From a virus: a stretch of 64,000 nucleotides of DNA. A program made the translations under genes and the position numbers. The notes beneath the pieces were generated by a model, which saw nothing but the letters and a program-made list of their open reading frames with translations, was not told the origin of the DNA and did not search any database. Location of the stretch: positions 19,982 through 83,981 of the IMG/VR virus record IMGVR_UViG_3300043449_001732. The stretch is one strand, 5' to 3'. Of the stretch, positions 1 through 9,812 are shown in pieces (the stretch's first letter is position 1; every line of letters begins with the position of its first letter).

Positions 1-1
1 C

Positions 2-628
2 AATTACGGCCAGATCAGCGGCCCCAATACGCAACAATCGGTAGCGCCGATCTCGTATCTCAGCCAGGAATCCTCGCCCAACTATTCCCAAACTTCCTCC
101 AGTCCGTCCTTGGCGGAGATCGCGGATTACCTGGGGCTGAGCCAGGAAAGCCGGATGGTAATCGACGCGTACGGGGTGGAAGCTCCGGCTCTGCTGAACA
201 ACTACGCCCTGAATCTGGAAGGGATGCTGGACAGCGCCGTCGCGTGGGGAAACCGCGCCGCTGATGCGCTGACCGGTTACGCCAACTTTGCGGTCAACGA
301 GCACCAGGAGAACCTGGCGTACAACGAGATCCTGACCAACCCCGACGTGCTTAGCGATTACACGCTGAAGTTCTTTGGTCCCGAAGGTCCGTATCCCGTG
401 TACGAAAATGAAGCTCAATTAGAGACTCGTGGCTACCCGACCCAGGCCCTGGAACAACCCCAATTTGGTCAGTTCCCTGCACCTCCTGCGGCTGCTGCTC
501 CCCAAGCTCCTGAAAACTTCTGGGGTTCTTTCGGTGAGCAAATGGCTCGTGATCCCCAGAATGCTTGGCGCCTTCTGAACCAAGCTCAGCCTCAAGTTGT
601 TGCAAACAAACTGTTTGTGATGGAGTGA
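2..628 (+). CDS. 5'-partial protein, putative capsid scaffolding protein
   Basis: Frame is open from base 2; Pro/Gln/Ala-rich; two genes upstream of the major capsid gene. Confidence 0.5.
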   Translation, partial: NYGQISGPNTQQSVAPISYLSQESSPNYSQTSSSPSLAEIADYLGLSQESRMVIDAYGVEAPALLNNYALNLEGMLDSAVAWGNRAADALTGYANFAVNEHQENLAYNEILTNPDVLSDYTLKFFGPEGPYPVYENEAQLETRGYPTQALEQPQFGQFPAPPAAAAPQAPENFWGSFGEQMARDPQNAWRLLNQAQPQVVANKLFVME

Positions 629-632
629 GGCG

Positions 633-1169
633 ATGCGTCCACTCCTTAAATTAGGTGTACCTGCTGCAGCTGGCTTAGCCACGGGTGGGTACGCCCTTTC
701 TCAAGGTGAAGATCCCGGCACTGCTGCTCTTGCCGCAGGTACTGGTGCATTGGGTGGGGCAGCTGGCTTACTCGGCGCGCGTCTTGCTGGTAAATACATG
801 TCTCCTGCCTTGCTTAAAGCAGGCAAAGAAGGAAAAGTTGCTGCAGAAAAAGCTCTACTTGAATCTGCGGTCACCATGCCTGAAGGCTCCCGGCGCCAGA
901 ATGCAATTCTGGGTTTAATTGACCGTTCCGCTGGAATCAACATTCCTTCTGAAGAATCTTTTACTCGTGGTTTGGGTAAAGCAACGTCTGCTGGTCTTGT
1001 TCCTGCAGGAGCACTTACGGCAGGTTTAGGCGGTGTCGCCCTTGGCGCTATCCCGGCATCTATGGGTGTACCTGGTTTCCAGCAAGGTGGACCAGTTGAT
1101 CCTGAGTCCTATGGTTCCAGCAATTCCGCTGGTGCGCGTTACAAAACGCCTACAATGCAGTACATGTAA
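633..1169 (+). CDS. Gly/Ala-rich hypothetical virion protein
   Basis: 178-aa ORF, ATG start, packed between scaffold-like and capsid genes. Confidence 0.6.
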   Translation: MRPLLKLGVPAAAGLATGGYALSQGEDPGTAALAAGTGALGGAAGLLGARLAGKYMSPALLKAGKEGKVAAEKALLESAVTMPEGSRRQNAILGLIDRSAGINIPSEESFTRGLGKATSAGLVPAGALTAGLGGVALGAIPASMGVPGFQQGGPVDPESYGSSNSAGARYKTPTMQYM

Positions 1170-1275
1170 TTTTTTTAAATTACCAACTGCTAAAATTTGT
1201 GTTAGATAAGACACACTGATGTCTGAATCTTTTACCCGATAAAACACTTCCTGCGATATTGGAGGATAAAACAAA

Positions 1276-2442
1276 GTGTTTCTTGATACCGACTTTCCAA
1301 AGATCCTTGGTGCGGAACTTTACCGTCCCCACCCTGCCTACATTGCCGAGATGGCAGTGGAGCCCGTGGTTGTCCACGACTTCACTCGTCAGCCTGGTCA
1401 AACTGTTCAGTTAGACCGCTATAAGTTCTGGGGTACCCCTGGTACTAAGGACAGCCGTGAGCGTATTGCCGACCAAACCATCGGTACCGCTAACAGCCGT
1501 AACATCACCAAGGAGAAAGTCCTGGTGGTGCTTAAGGAATACACCGGTCCTGCAGACCCGGGTGATCCTACCCAGCCTTCGACCTTCAAGATTGCCCGTG
1601 AGACCCTGGTCACCGCTCAGCGCCTGCTGCTGGACACCGGCAACCTCAACATGTTCCACCAGTCCATCGGCAGCCTGACGCTGCTGGATGACTACCGTCG
1701 TTGGCGCGACCGCGTGTTCATTGATGAACTCGCCAAAGCCGAAGCCAATGGTGCCGCGTCTACCACCCAAGGTGGTTACTACTTCGCTGGTGGCAAGGTC
1801 AAGGATGCTTCTGGCCGTATTGCCTACACCTCCACCGAGTACGACAACGAAGTTCAACAGTTCCAGGTGCGTACCGACCTGCTGACCGTTGTTAAGGACC
1901 TGCGCAAGCGCAACGTTCCTACTTACGCTGATGGTCTGTATCGCTGCATCTGCGATCCTACCTTCATGATGCACCTGCGTCGTGATCCCGACTTCCGCGA
2001 GATCGCTCGTTACGCTGGTAATCCTGGCCAAGGCATGTACATGGGCAACCCCATGATGCCTAACAATGCTAGCTTCTTCCAGGGTCCCCAGGCTGGTCAA
2101 GCTTACTTCCTGGCTGGTGAACCTGTCATGCCTACCGGCGTGCAGTTTGAAGGCGTCAAGTTCTTCGAGTCGACCAACTTCCCGACCAAGAGCATCAGCA
2201 CCTCTTTCAGCGGCACCGGTGGTACCTACGCTTCCAAGGAAGTGGCTCAGGGTTATTTCTTCGGTCCTCAAGCCATTGGCGTGGGTATCGGCGGCCCGAA
2301 CGCTCAGGTGCTCATCAACAACAACGATGACTTCAGCCGTTTTATTATCTTAATTTGGCAACTGTACGCCGGTTTCGAAATCCTGAACAAGGACTTTGTG
2401 ACCACCGCGTTCAGCTATGTGCAAGATGACGGCACCATCTGA
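1276..2442 (+). CDS. Major capsid protein
   Basis: 388 aa; GGAGG SD before GTG; strong C-ending codon bias; capsid-like features (PGQTVQLDRY, CICDP, GVQFEGVKFFES, C-terminal WQLYAGFEILN). Confidence 0.85.
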   Translation: MFLDTDFPKILGAELYRPHPAYIAEMAVEPVVVHDFTRQPGQTVQLDRYKFWGTPGTKDSRERIADQTIGTANSRNITKEKVLVVLKEYTGPADPGDPTQPSTFKIARETLVTAQRLLLDTGNLNMFHQSIGSLTLLDDYRRWRDRVFIDELAKAEANGAASTTQGGYYFAGGKVKDASGRIAYTSTEYDNEVQQFQVRTDLLTVVKDLRKRNVPTYADGLYRCICDPTFMMHLRRDPDFREIARYAGNPGQGMYMGNPMMPNNASFFQGPQAGQAYFLAGEPVMPTGVQFEGVKFFESTNFPTKSISTSFSGTGGTYASKEVAQGYFFGPQAIGVGIGGPNAQVLINNNDDFSRFIILIWQLYAGFEILNKDFVTTAFSYVQDDGTI

Positions 2443-2476
2443 TCAATAAACAATAACTAAACTACAGGAAAAATAA

Positions 2477-3280
2477 ATGACTTATTTGTCCGCTAAGAAA
2501 ATCTATCCCGGCAACTGGGCTGAGCCCCTGAACGGCTGGTATAAGAACATTGACGCCGATTATGCCGGCACCAATGATGGCTCCAAGGGCGGCCCCACCT
2601 CTGTGCTGGCCCTCCCTGGTTACCGCTACTTCCAGCAGCGTGGTTACGTGGCAGTTACTGCTACCTCTGGTGTTGGCCCTGTTGCTTCTGCTGATGTGAT
2701 CGTTCCTTCCCCCTACCGGAATGACGACACCCGTACTGATATCACCGGTATGGTGATCTCTGGTTCCAGTACCCTGCCTGCTTACGTGTATCGCACTGCG
2801 ATCTCCGTGGCTTCCGGCTGGGGCGACGGTCGCGTTGCTTCCGGTGTGTATGCAGCTACTGGTAACGTGATCTCGTTCGGTCGCGTGAGCTCCAGCAACC
2901 CCACCGCCGCTTCTGGTGTGGGCGAAGGTGTGATTCAGGCCAACCTGACCTCCACCGTCTCCGGCTCCCAGGCAGGCGAAATCTACTTCGCTGGTGGTAC
3001 CGCTGGTTATGGCACCAACCCCTTCCTGACCATCACCGGCGCCACCGGTGTTGCTCCTGGCACTGTTAACTACGCCGCTACTGTTGCGACCACCCTCAAG
3101 GTGTTTGCCAAGGAAACCGCCAACAGCACCACCACTTCCGGTGGCTTCTACATCTCCAGTGGTGATGCAAACGCTGGCCGCACCGGTTACCTGGTTGTGG
3201 AAGTGTGCTACATCCAGCCCGATGAAGCTCCTGGTTACGAAGACATTGATGGCTACCTGACTGGTCGCACTGTTAGCTGA
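2477..3280 (+). CDS. Highly expressed virion structural protein
   Basis: Same codon bias as capsid gene, immediately downstream, Gly/Thr/Ser-rich beta-type sequence. Confidence 0.65.
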   Translation: MTYLSAKKIYPGNWAEPLNGWYKNIDADYAGTNDGSKGGPTSVLALPGYRYFQQRGYVAVTATSGVGPVASADVIVPSPYRNDDTRTDITGMVISGSSTLPAYVYRTAISVASGWGDGRVASGVYAATGNVISFGRVSSSNPTAASGVGEGVIQANLTSTVSGSQAGEIYFAGGTAGYGTNPFLTITGATGVAPGTVNYAATVATTLKVFAKETANSTTTSGGFYISSGDANAGRTGYLVVEVCYIQPDEAPGYEDIDGYLTGRTVS

Positions 3281-3320
3281 TTAGGGTAAACTAGGACCAG
3301 AGATTAACTCCCTGGTCCTT

Positions 3321-3731
3321 ATGTTGTATCAGCACAGAAAAACAGGCGCTCGCGTCAAAGTTGTAAGTGAGTTCGATAACGGTGATTGGTTCATGGTTGA
3401 AGACCAGGACGGACGCCTTTACACTGCCTACAAAAGCGAGTTACTGCCTGACGAGACAGCCACTAAAACGGTAAAAACTCTTCAGGTAAAAGATAAAGCC
3501 GCAAAAGAAGAGCCCCGTGCTTTTCCTCCTGACAATCGTTTGAATATTAATTCCGCTACCGCCCAAATGATCGCTGATCACATTAAGGGTATCGGTCTTA
3601 AAACTGCCCGAGAAATCAAGGATCTACAGATGTCTTTATCGGGTGAGCGATTCAATAACTTGGAGCAACTCAAACAGATTAAAAGAGTGGACTGGGGAGC
3701 AGTTCTTGCGGCTGATCTGATTCGAGTTTGA
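3321..3731 (+). CDS. Helix-hairpin-helix (ComEA-like) DNA-binding protein
   Basis: LNINSAT...IKGIGLKTAREI...FNNLEQLKQIKRV HhH signature. Confidence 0.8.
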   Translation: MLYQHRKTGARVKVVSEFDNGDWFMVEDQDGRLYTAYKSELLPDETATKTVKTLQVKDKAAKEEPRAFPPDNRLNINSATAQMIADHIKGIGLKTAREIKDLQMSLSGERFNNLEQLKQIKRVDWGAVLAADLIRV

Positions 3732-3741
3732 TAAACAAAGT

Positions 3742-3767
3742 AAACCCCTGGGAAACCAGGGGTTTTT
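3742..3767 (+). terminator. Intrinsic terminator
   Basis: AAACCCCTGG-GAAA-CCAGGGGTTT followed by T tract. Confidence 0.85.
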
Positions 3768-3797
3768 ATTTTAAAATTAATACAATGCTTAGTTGAT

Positions 3798-4496
3798 ATG
3801 GGCCAGAAATATTACTTTGGAACAATTGGTTCCACAGGGACTTCAACTGGTCCTCATGGGCACTTCTATGTCAAAGACTTGGCATCTAACAAATACATTG
3901 ACCCTGGCACCATCAAGAGTCGCCTGACGGGCTTTCGTGTAGGCGAAAAGGAAATCCCTTTAATCACTGCAAATCAACAAGGGCAATTAGATTTAAATCC
4001 CGCTGCTGGCTTAACACTTACTTCTAAGTATGGGCCAAGGGCTCAGCCAACGGCAGGGGCATCTACTTTTCACCAGGGCTGGGATCTCGCTGGACCCGAA
4101 GGAACACAGCTTAAGTATGTCTCTGACGGTGGTACGTATGCACCTAAACAAAACCAAGGTGGCTACGGTAATCTTGGCACTTTCATTACGCCTGATCAAC
4201 GATATGAGATTGGTGTTGGCCACTTAAAAGACTTGGGGCAGCAAGCTGCAGGCGCACGTTCTACTGCACCTAAGCCGACCGCAAGCACACCATCCAGTGA
4301 TGCGGCGCTTGAGATGCTTAAGTCTTTATTTTCAGGAGCACAGAAACCTGAAGAAAAGCAACAGAACCTTGCTGAGCAATTGCTAGGACAGACACTAGGT
4401 GATCTACTCACTGGCGCCGCCAAACGAAAAGCAAGTACGTTTGACCCATACGAAGGTTACACAATTGATTCAAGCGTCTTGGATCAGTTTGCGTGA
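3798..4496 (+). CDS. M23-family peptidase, circularly permuted, probably virion-associated
   Basis: IGSTGTSTGPHGHF (HxH) at N-terminus; FHQGWD (HxxxD), GGYGN and GHL downstream. Confidence 0.75.
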   Translation: MGQKYYFGTIGSTGTSTGPHGHFYVKDLASNKYIDPGTIKSRLTGFRVGEKEIPLITANQQGQLDLNPAAGLTLTSKYGPRAQPTAGASTFHQGWDLAGPEGTQLKYVSDGGTYAPKQNQGGYGNLGTFITPDQRYEIGVGHLKDLGQQAAGARSTAPKPTASTPSSDAALEMLKSLFSGAQKPEEKQQNLAEQLLGQTLGDLLTGAAKRKASTFDPYEGYTIDSSVLDQFA

Positions 4497-4535
4497 TTTT
4501 ATGCATTTATAATTGAATAACAAAGGGAAGTAGAA

Positions 4536-4997
4536 GTGCAATTATCGGATTTCGATAAAAGCAAAGTCAGGTACCATTTGGGGTATTTCACCGTATCTGT
4601 TCCAGCGGGTGACTACGCTCGCCTGGAAGAGGCGATGAATACCATTCCCGACTCTTATTTCTACGATAAAATTTCTATTCAACTTGGTCGGTGCGACACA
4701 GCTGAAAAGAAAACAGAAGTAGCCACTTCGCCCTCTACGCGACTCGAAAGTATTGCGGGTGACGTGGATCGTACGATTCGCTCTAGCAATGCCAAAGAAG
4801 CGTTAAAGGTTTGGGATGAGATCTATCTCTACGAAACCAATAGGTTGGCGCAGATTCTTTATGTGCCCAACTATAAAGATCCGTTCCAGGCTCGTTATAG
4901 ATACGAACGCTCTGGCGCAGAATTCATCCAGGCTTTACCTGGACCTGCCGACGTTTCCGTAGGCACCCGTATTTACTTACATGAGGCTTGGCGCTAA
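4536..4997 (+). CDS. Putative head-tail/virion protein
   Basis: 153-aa ORF in structural operon, preceded by TATAAT; helical, adaptor-like N-terminus (KSKVRYHLGY). Confidence 0.5.
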   Translation: MQLSDFDKSKVRYHLGYFTVSVPAGDYARLEEAMNTIPDSYFYDKISIQLGRCDTAEKKTEVATSPSTRLESIAGDVDRTIRSSNAKEALKVWDEIYLYETNRLAQILYVPNYKDPFQARYRYERSGAEFIQALPGPADVSVGTRIYLHEAWR

Positions 4998-5878
4998 TGT
5001 CTTTACTTAATAGGCTTCTTCCCCCGCCCTTAACAAATCCTCTCCTGCAAGGATTAGGTAATGAATTGCGCTATGCCGGTGGACAGCTGTTGCAAGGGCG
5101 CACTCCTTATGCAAAACCTGCAGTGGGCTCGATTCCTCCTAGTGCTAATGGGGAATCTTATCGTCGTGCCGAACTGCGCTTAGGTGACGCTGCCAAAGCA
5201 GGTGGTGGTGGCGGGGGCGGTGGAAACGCTGGATATTCAACGTCTTTTGGCGCCCAGCAAGGCGGTTACTCTCCTGCTGCAGAGCGTGCATATCAGCAGG
5301 AAGTCTCACGCGTTGCCCAGCTGACCGCACAAGATCCAGAACTTCAGCGTTACGAAAAGGCTCGCAAAGAGGCAGTTACTGCTGGCCCTGGTTCTGCCGC
5401 TGAGCAATCTGCAGAAGATATGGGAATGCAGATGTGGGCAAAAGCCAATCCCAAACTTGCAGCAAAAGTTAAACCTGGCCAAGCCGGTTACGATGCAATC
5501 CAACGTACTATTGGGGCGGGTCAAATGGGCTCTCCCATGAACTTCCCATTTGATAACAGCTCCCCCCTTGGTACGACACCTCCCGTTTCCCCAGAATCGT
5601 ATGGTGTTGCAAAGGTTGCCCAAGGTTTAGGTCTCTCACCTTTACCTGCAAATTCTTTTGCAGGAGCTTCTGCAGCACCTTATGCAGGGTTTAATCAAGG
5701 CCAAACTTTACAGAGTGCTCCCCTCGGCATGCCGACTGAGATGCCAAGTGCTTCTTATGCTGGTGCAACGGGCCTACAGCCTGTAGGGTCTGAGCTTCCG
5801 AAGTTTGATCCCAAGGGTGCAGAAGCTCAAAAGCTTCTTGAAATGTTTAAAGACTCTATCTTTTCTACTCAAAAGTAA
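4997..5878 (+). CDS. Low-complexity Gly/Ala/Pro/Gln-rich putative internal virion protein
   Basis: TAATG coupling with upstream gene. Confidence 0.6.
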   Translation: MSLLNRLLPPPLTNPLLQGLGNELRYAGGQLLQGRTPYAKPAVGSIPPSANGESYRRAELRLGDAAKAGGGGGGGGNAGYSTSFGAQQGGYSPAAERAYQQEVSRVAQLTAQDPELQRYEKARKEAVTAGPGSAAEQSAEDMGMQMWAKANPKLAAKVKPGQAGYDAIQRTIGAGQMGSPMNFPFDNSSPLGTTPPVSPESYGVAKVAQGLGLSPLPANSFAGASAAPYAGFNQGQTLQSAPLGMPTEMPSASYAGATGLQPVGSELPKFDPKGAEAQKLLEMFKDSIFSTQK

Positions 5879-5963
5879 TTCTCTGGCATTGCAAGGCATG
5901 TAAGCCCAGCCAACTGGACACAGATCTTTGATCTACGGGGGCCAGTGTTGTTGCTTTAAAACC

Positions 5964-6080
5964 ATGATTCTTTGTCCTAAGTTTGTTAAACGTACTTTGA
6001 CCTATTTGGCTACGGCCCTTTCGCTGCAAACCGTATTCATTCCTGGTCTCAAAGCAAGTTCAAACTGGGTAGGAGAATAA
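5964..6080 (+). CDS. 38-aa hydrophobic/signal-like peptide MILCPKFVKRTLTYLATALSLQTVFIPGLKASSNWVGE
   Basis: Translated by hand; fills gap before the lysozyme gene. Confidence 0.4.
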   Translation: MILCPKFVKRTLTYLATALSLQTVFIPGLKASSNWVGE

Positions 6081-6090
6081 GAGCATCATC

Positions 6091-6786
6091 ATGAATGAAC
6101 GCCAGCTACTGGAACAAAAAGTCAAAAGCCCAAGCGTGCAGAATGCATTGCGAGTTCTTCGCTTTGCAGAAGGCACCGAAAGGAATGGTCCCGATTCCTA
6201 TCGGGTCATGTTTGGCGGTGGCTTGGCGCCAGACCTAAAGCGTCATCCCGACAGGGTTATTAACACCGGTGGGTATGCAAGTTCTGCCGCTGGTGCTTAT
6301 CAGTTCTTGACGCCAAGCTGGCAGTCACATGCCAGTGCTCTAGGGCTTCAAGACTTCAGTGCTGCCAACCAAGATATTGCGGCAACCCGTGCGATGCGTA
6401 ATCGCCTGATGCCCATTGGTGGCTTGGCTACCCTTGAGAAAGAAGGGTTTAGTCCTCGCGTATCAGCAGCCCTTGCTCCAGAGTGGGCATCTCTTCCTAC
6501 GGAAACTGGTAGAAGCTATTACGGGCAGCCTGTCAAAAAACTTTCTGAATTACAGAAAGTTTATGGTCAGACTGTACAACCGACTACACAAGCTTCAACC
6601 CCTTCACCGGAAACTGCAAAAGCAGTAGAGAAAGGCAATTCACTTGCCGATGCGTTGCTTGGGTATGTTCTCAAGAACAGTCTCAGTGCAGGCGTCACGA
6701 ATGCAACGATGTCTCCGGAAGATCTCCTAAAGGCGTCAAATCCATATAATCTGACTCCGCTTGACGCCATGAGGATGTTTGAGTAA
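6091..6786 (+). CDS. Lambda-R-type lysozyme/lytic transglycosylase (GH104)
   Basis: AEGT...YRVMFGG...HP...SSAAGAYQF...DFSAANQDIAA...EWASLP...YGQP motifs. Confidence 0.88.
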   Translation: MNERQLLEQKVKSPSVQNALRVLRFAEGTERNGPDSYRVMFGGGLAPDLKRHPDRVINTGGYASSAAGAYQFLTPSWQSHASALGLQDFSAANQDIAATRAMRNRLMPIGGLATLEKEGFSPRVSAALAPEWASLPTETGRSYYGQPVKKLSELQKVYGQTVQPTTQASTPSPETAKAVEKGNSLADALLGYVLKNSLSAGVTNATMSPEDLLKASNPYNLTPLDAMRMFE

Positions 6787-7112
6787 TGGCAAGTCTCAAA
6801 AACCGACAAACTTATCTCGGTGCAGATTACACCCCTGGGGAGGTATCTGAACTGCTTAAGGGAGAGCGCTACACATCCTTTGGTGATCTCCCTTATTCTT
6901 TTGGTGGCCTGATCGGCAAGGATCAGCCAACATACACAAGTGTTGGCTTTGATCGCTTGAGTAAGTTCAAGTCGGAACAGAAGGATCCTGGGAGCATGTT
7001 CCAGCGTTTCCTTGCGTTGCAAAATAACCCCACGTCTTTAGTTGAAAGCAAAATGCGCTTGCCGGCGGGTTTCAACCAGGCTTATAACTTAGCTGCATCG
7101 GCAAGTTTTTGA
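6786..7112 (+). CDS. Hypothetical protein
   Basis: TAATG coupling, 108 aa. Confidence 0.6.
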   Translation: MASLKNRQTYLGADYTPGEVSELLKGERYTSFGDLPYSFGGLIGKDQPTYTSVGFDRLSKFKSEQKDPGSMFQRFLALQNNPTSLVESKMRLPAGFNQAYNLAASASF

Positions 7113-7183
7113 CCGTAGCACTTAAAAGTTGCTTGAGCTAGAATTCTTTTAACAAGGATTTTCAAGGCTGAAGGAGTAGGTAA

Positions 7184-7969
7184 TTGAGCTCGACATCCAC
7201 GAATAAGCAGCCCCTGCTTGTTGATCGTCCTTTATTTGATACCGTACGAGTCACGACTCAAACGGTAGGCAGTGCTGCAACCAATACTTTGTTTGTGCAA
7301 GGTGGTCAGGCACCGTCTATCCTCGTGGACATGGACGCCGAATTAAGCGAAGATAATAACAGTGGTGGTGTCGTTGACTCAATTACCATTACACGTAACG
7401 ACTTCTACCGTTCTCCCGATTACACAGTAAATACAACTACCTCTGGCACGCCCATTTCGCTTGTCAGTGGACAGATTGTTTTAATTACAGCAACCGGTTC
7501 CTTGACAGGTGGCGGTGCACCCTTCAGTGGCTATGGGTATTACACCTACACAGGGGCAGCTACCCTCACTGGAATCAACACTGCACTTAACTATTCCGGT
7601 GGCACTGCATCGGGCTTCGCCTACAACGGTGTTGCCTACGGTTATCAGCAAGCTGCAACCTTTGTGTTTTACCAGACGCGTGGCACAACGACTCCGATTC
7701 CTGGTTCTGGTGATTACAGAATTGTTTTTGCAAAAACGCTTCCTGCTGGCAGTGGCACGATTGATTGTTCTGACGTGATGCCTCAGCTTGCAGTGCCAAA
7801 TGTAAGCGCTGGTAACGCCAATGGGCTAGGCCCCACGGCTCCGCTGCGCAATAAAGGCATCTACCTGGAGCGGGGTGACCGACTTTACGTGGGTGTATTC
7901 CCTGATGGTCCCAATAGTTCTGGCTATATTCCTGGCGTGCACGTTGTTGCACAGGGTGGCTTTTTCTAA
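7184..7969 (+). CDS. Putative tail/virion structural protein
   Basis: AGGAG SD before TTG; Thr/Gly-rich beta sequence. Confidence 0.6.
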   Translation: MSSTSTNKQPLLVDRPLFDTVRVTTQTVGSAATNTLFVQGGQAPSILVDMDAELSEDNNSGGVVDSITITRNDFYRSPDYTVNTTTSGTPISLVSGQIVLITATGSLTGGGAPFSGYGYYTYTGAATLTGINTALNYSGGTASGFAYNGVAYGYQQAATFVFYQTRGTTTPIPGSGDYRIVFAKTLPAGSGTIDCSDVMPQLAVPNVSAGNANGLGPTAPLRNKGIYLERGDRLYVGVFPDGPNSSGYIPGVHVVAQGGFF

Positions 7970-7972
7970 GGC

Positions 7973-9532
7973 ATGTCTCCCAAAGGGGGCGATAAATTTG
8001 GATCTTTTGTTAAAGCAAGTGACGCTGATCCTTTTCGCCTAAAACCAATTACAACAGAGTTTTCCGCTGGTGGCGTACCGAACTCACTCACGGTCGTCAA
8101 CAGAGAATCTGCATGGTCTAGATGGCGCCGTGGCTACGAAATTGCCACCGCATGTTTCTATGACAACGCATATGAATACCCGTTTAGCTACGTAATTCCA
8201 GTCCCAGCTGGGACACCTGCTTCTGTTGCTGCAGCACAACCGACAATCCCTGGCACATTCATCGGGTTTCCAACTACCAACAAAGAGTTTGGAATGCATT
8301 GGGCAGGGACCCGCTTGGCTGGATCTCTTAGGTGCGACAACCTGGTTGATCGAACTACTGGCACCAGGCTTTACATTGAAATGGTGACGGAGGATTCATC
8401 GTACTGGTACGTCAAGCTGGCCGGTAATTGGAGCACCAGCAATCCACTACCCCCGCCGTTCTACGTGGCCCTTCCAGGCGTTCCTAACGGCCTCAGAGCG
8501 ATCAACGGGGAGATCCTGGAGGACCGCGTCATCACCGTTAACGCGCCTCCAATTACCAAAGATACAATTGATCCCACAACTCAAAAGCGTTATGGCTATA
8601 TACAGGCAGTCATTGTTGAAACATTTCCATTCACTGGTATTTTGAAGCTTCGTAAGGCGGGTTCAGTTGAAGCAACCCCAGATGCAAACCTTGTTACTCC
8701 AGCGACCAAAGGACCAACGCCAAATAGATATCTAATTACAGGCGCAAGATACTGTTGCTCTTGTCAGGATTTTTCAAGGCGTGACTATACGTTTATGCAA
8801 ATGCTGGGTGATAAGCCAAAACGTTTATTTCCAAGGGTAAGTATTGCATCTGTTAAGCCTGGACGATATGAAAAAACAAAGCTAAATGGACGTTTGGACA
8901 ATAGCGCCATGACAAGTGCAACGGTAAATCGAAAGATGGATATTATTGCACCTAGTTCTCAGTATACGGTTCCTCCTGAAATCAACACCATATCAACAGT
9001 AGAGCCAGGTGCCACAAGGGATTTTCCTGGAGTATTCCGCGACTTTGGCGCTACCTACACAAGAAGCACAGCAGATCCTTTCATCCCTGGCTCCAGGGCA
9101 GAAGGCATGCCTTTATATAATGACTATTCTTCAAGCAATGGTCAGATAACATCAATCACTGACTTTTGGTCTCCATTGCTTGATGAGATGCGTTACTGCA
9201 AGCATATCTACGCCATGAAGTTTGGCGAAGGTAGCTTTCCGCCAGAGCCGTCGGACTTCCCTGTGGAACAAGGGAGTATGGCTGCATGGGAGCAAAAACT
9301 CGTTGACAAAACTGAAAACGAGCAGCAAGAGTTAATGGCAGCCGATCTTTCTCGTCGCTCTTTATCCATGATGGATGTGCCGCCATACAACTGTCAGTCA
9401 CCCATGATGATGCCAATGATGCAAAAGCTGTTTAATATTCCAGCCAACTTTGTAATGATGCAAGGTTTTACAATGTATGACAAGGATGGAACAGCATACA
9501 AGCCATCCCTGGGCCAATTACCAGCATCGTAA
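7973..9532 (+). CDS. Hypothetical protein with split SWIM-like Zn ligands (CCSCQDF...CKH)
   Basis: 519-aa ORF; CxC and CxH motifs. Confidence 0.6.
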   Translation: MSPKGGDKFGSFVKASDADPFRLKPITTEFSAGGVPNSLTVVNRESAWSRWRRGYEIATACFYDNAYEYPFSYVIPVPAGTPASVAAAQPTIPGTFIGFPTTNKEFGMHWAGTRLAGSLRCDNLVDRTTGTRLYIEMVTEDSSYWYVKLAGNWSTSNPLPPPFYVALPGVPNGLRAINGEILEDRVITVNAPPITKDTIDPTTQKRYGYIQAVIVETFPFTGILKLRKAGSVEATPDANLVTPATKGPTPNRYLITGARYCCSCQDFSRRDYTFMQMLGDKPKRLFPRVSIASVKPGRYEKTKLNGRLDNSAMTSATVNRKMDIIAPSSQYTVPPEINTISTVEPGATRDFPGVFRDFGATYTRSTADPFIPGSRAEGMPLYNDYSSSNGQITSITDFWSPLLDEMRYCKHIYAMKFGEGSFPPEPSDFPVEQGSMAAWEQKLVDKTENEQQELMAADLSRRSLSMMDVPPYNCQSPMMMPMMQKLFNIPANFVMMQGFTMYDKDGTAYKPSLGQLPAS

Positions 9533-9762
9533 TGACAACACCGAACTTTGGAGATGTTGTAGACAGTGCTTTTATTTACTCCGCAGAGCAAGATGATGTA
9601 CGTAAGTACGGCTTCAGTGATATCCAGGTAAGCGGTCGCCCTACCATCTATCACGCAGGAGATGTCGTACACCTGCCTTATGTGTCTGGTGAGATATCAA
9701 CAATAGAAGCTGTGGGTCTTGCCTGGTCTGGTTATGTGAATGGCATCCCACCAGAAGAATAG
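9532..9762 (+). CDS. Hypothetical protein
   Basis: TAATG coupling, 76 aa. Confidence 0.6.
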   Translation: MTTPNFGDVVDSAFIYSAEQDDVRKYGFSDIQVSGRPTIYHAGDVVHLPYVSGEISTIEAVGLAWSGYVNGIPPEE

Positions 9763-9772
9763 ATAAAATAAA

Positions 9773-9792
9773 AGCCCCGTCAACGCGGGGCT
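9773..9792. terminator. Terminator hairpin between convergent genes
   Basis: AGCCCCG-TCAACG-CGGGGCT with upstream A tract (T tract on - strand). Confidence 0.65.
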
Positions 9793-9812
9793 CATGTACT
9801 CAAGTGTGTTTA

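Noticed and set aside
1411-2271. 286-aa antisense ORF
   Set aside because: Shadow of the codon-biased capsid gene; no motifs
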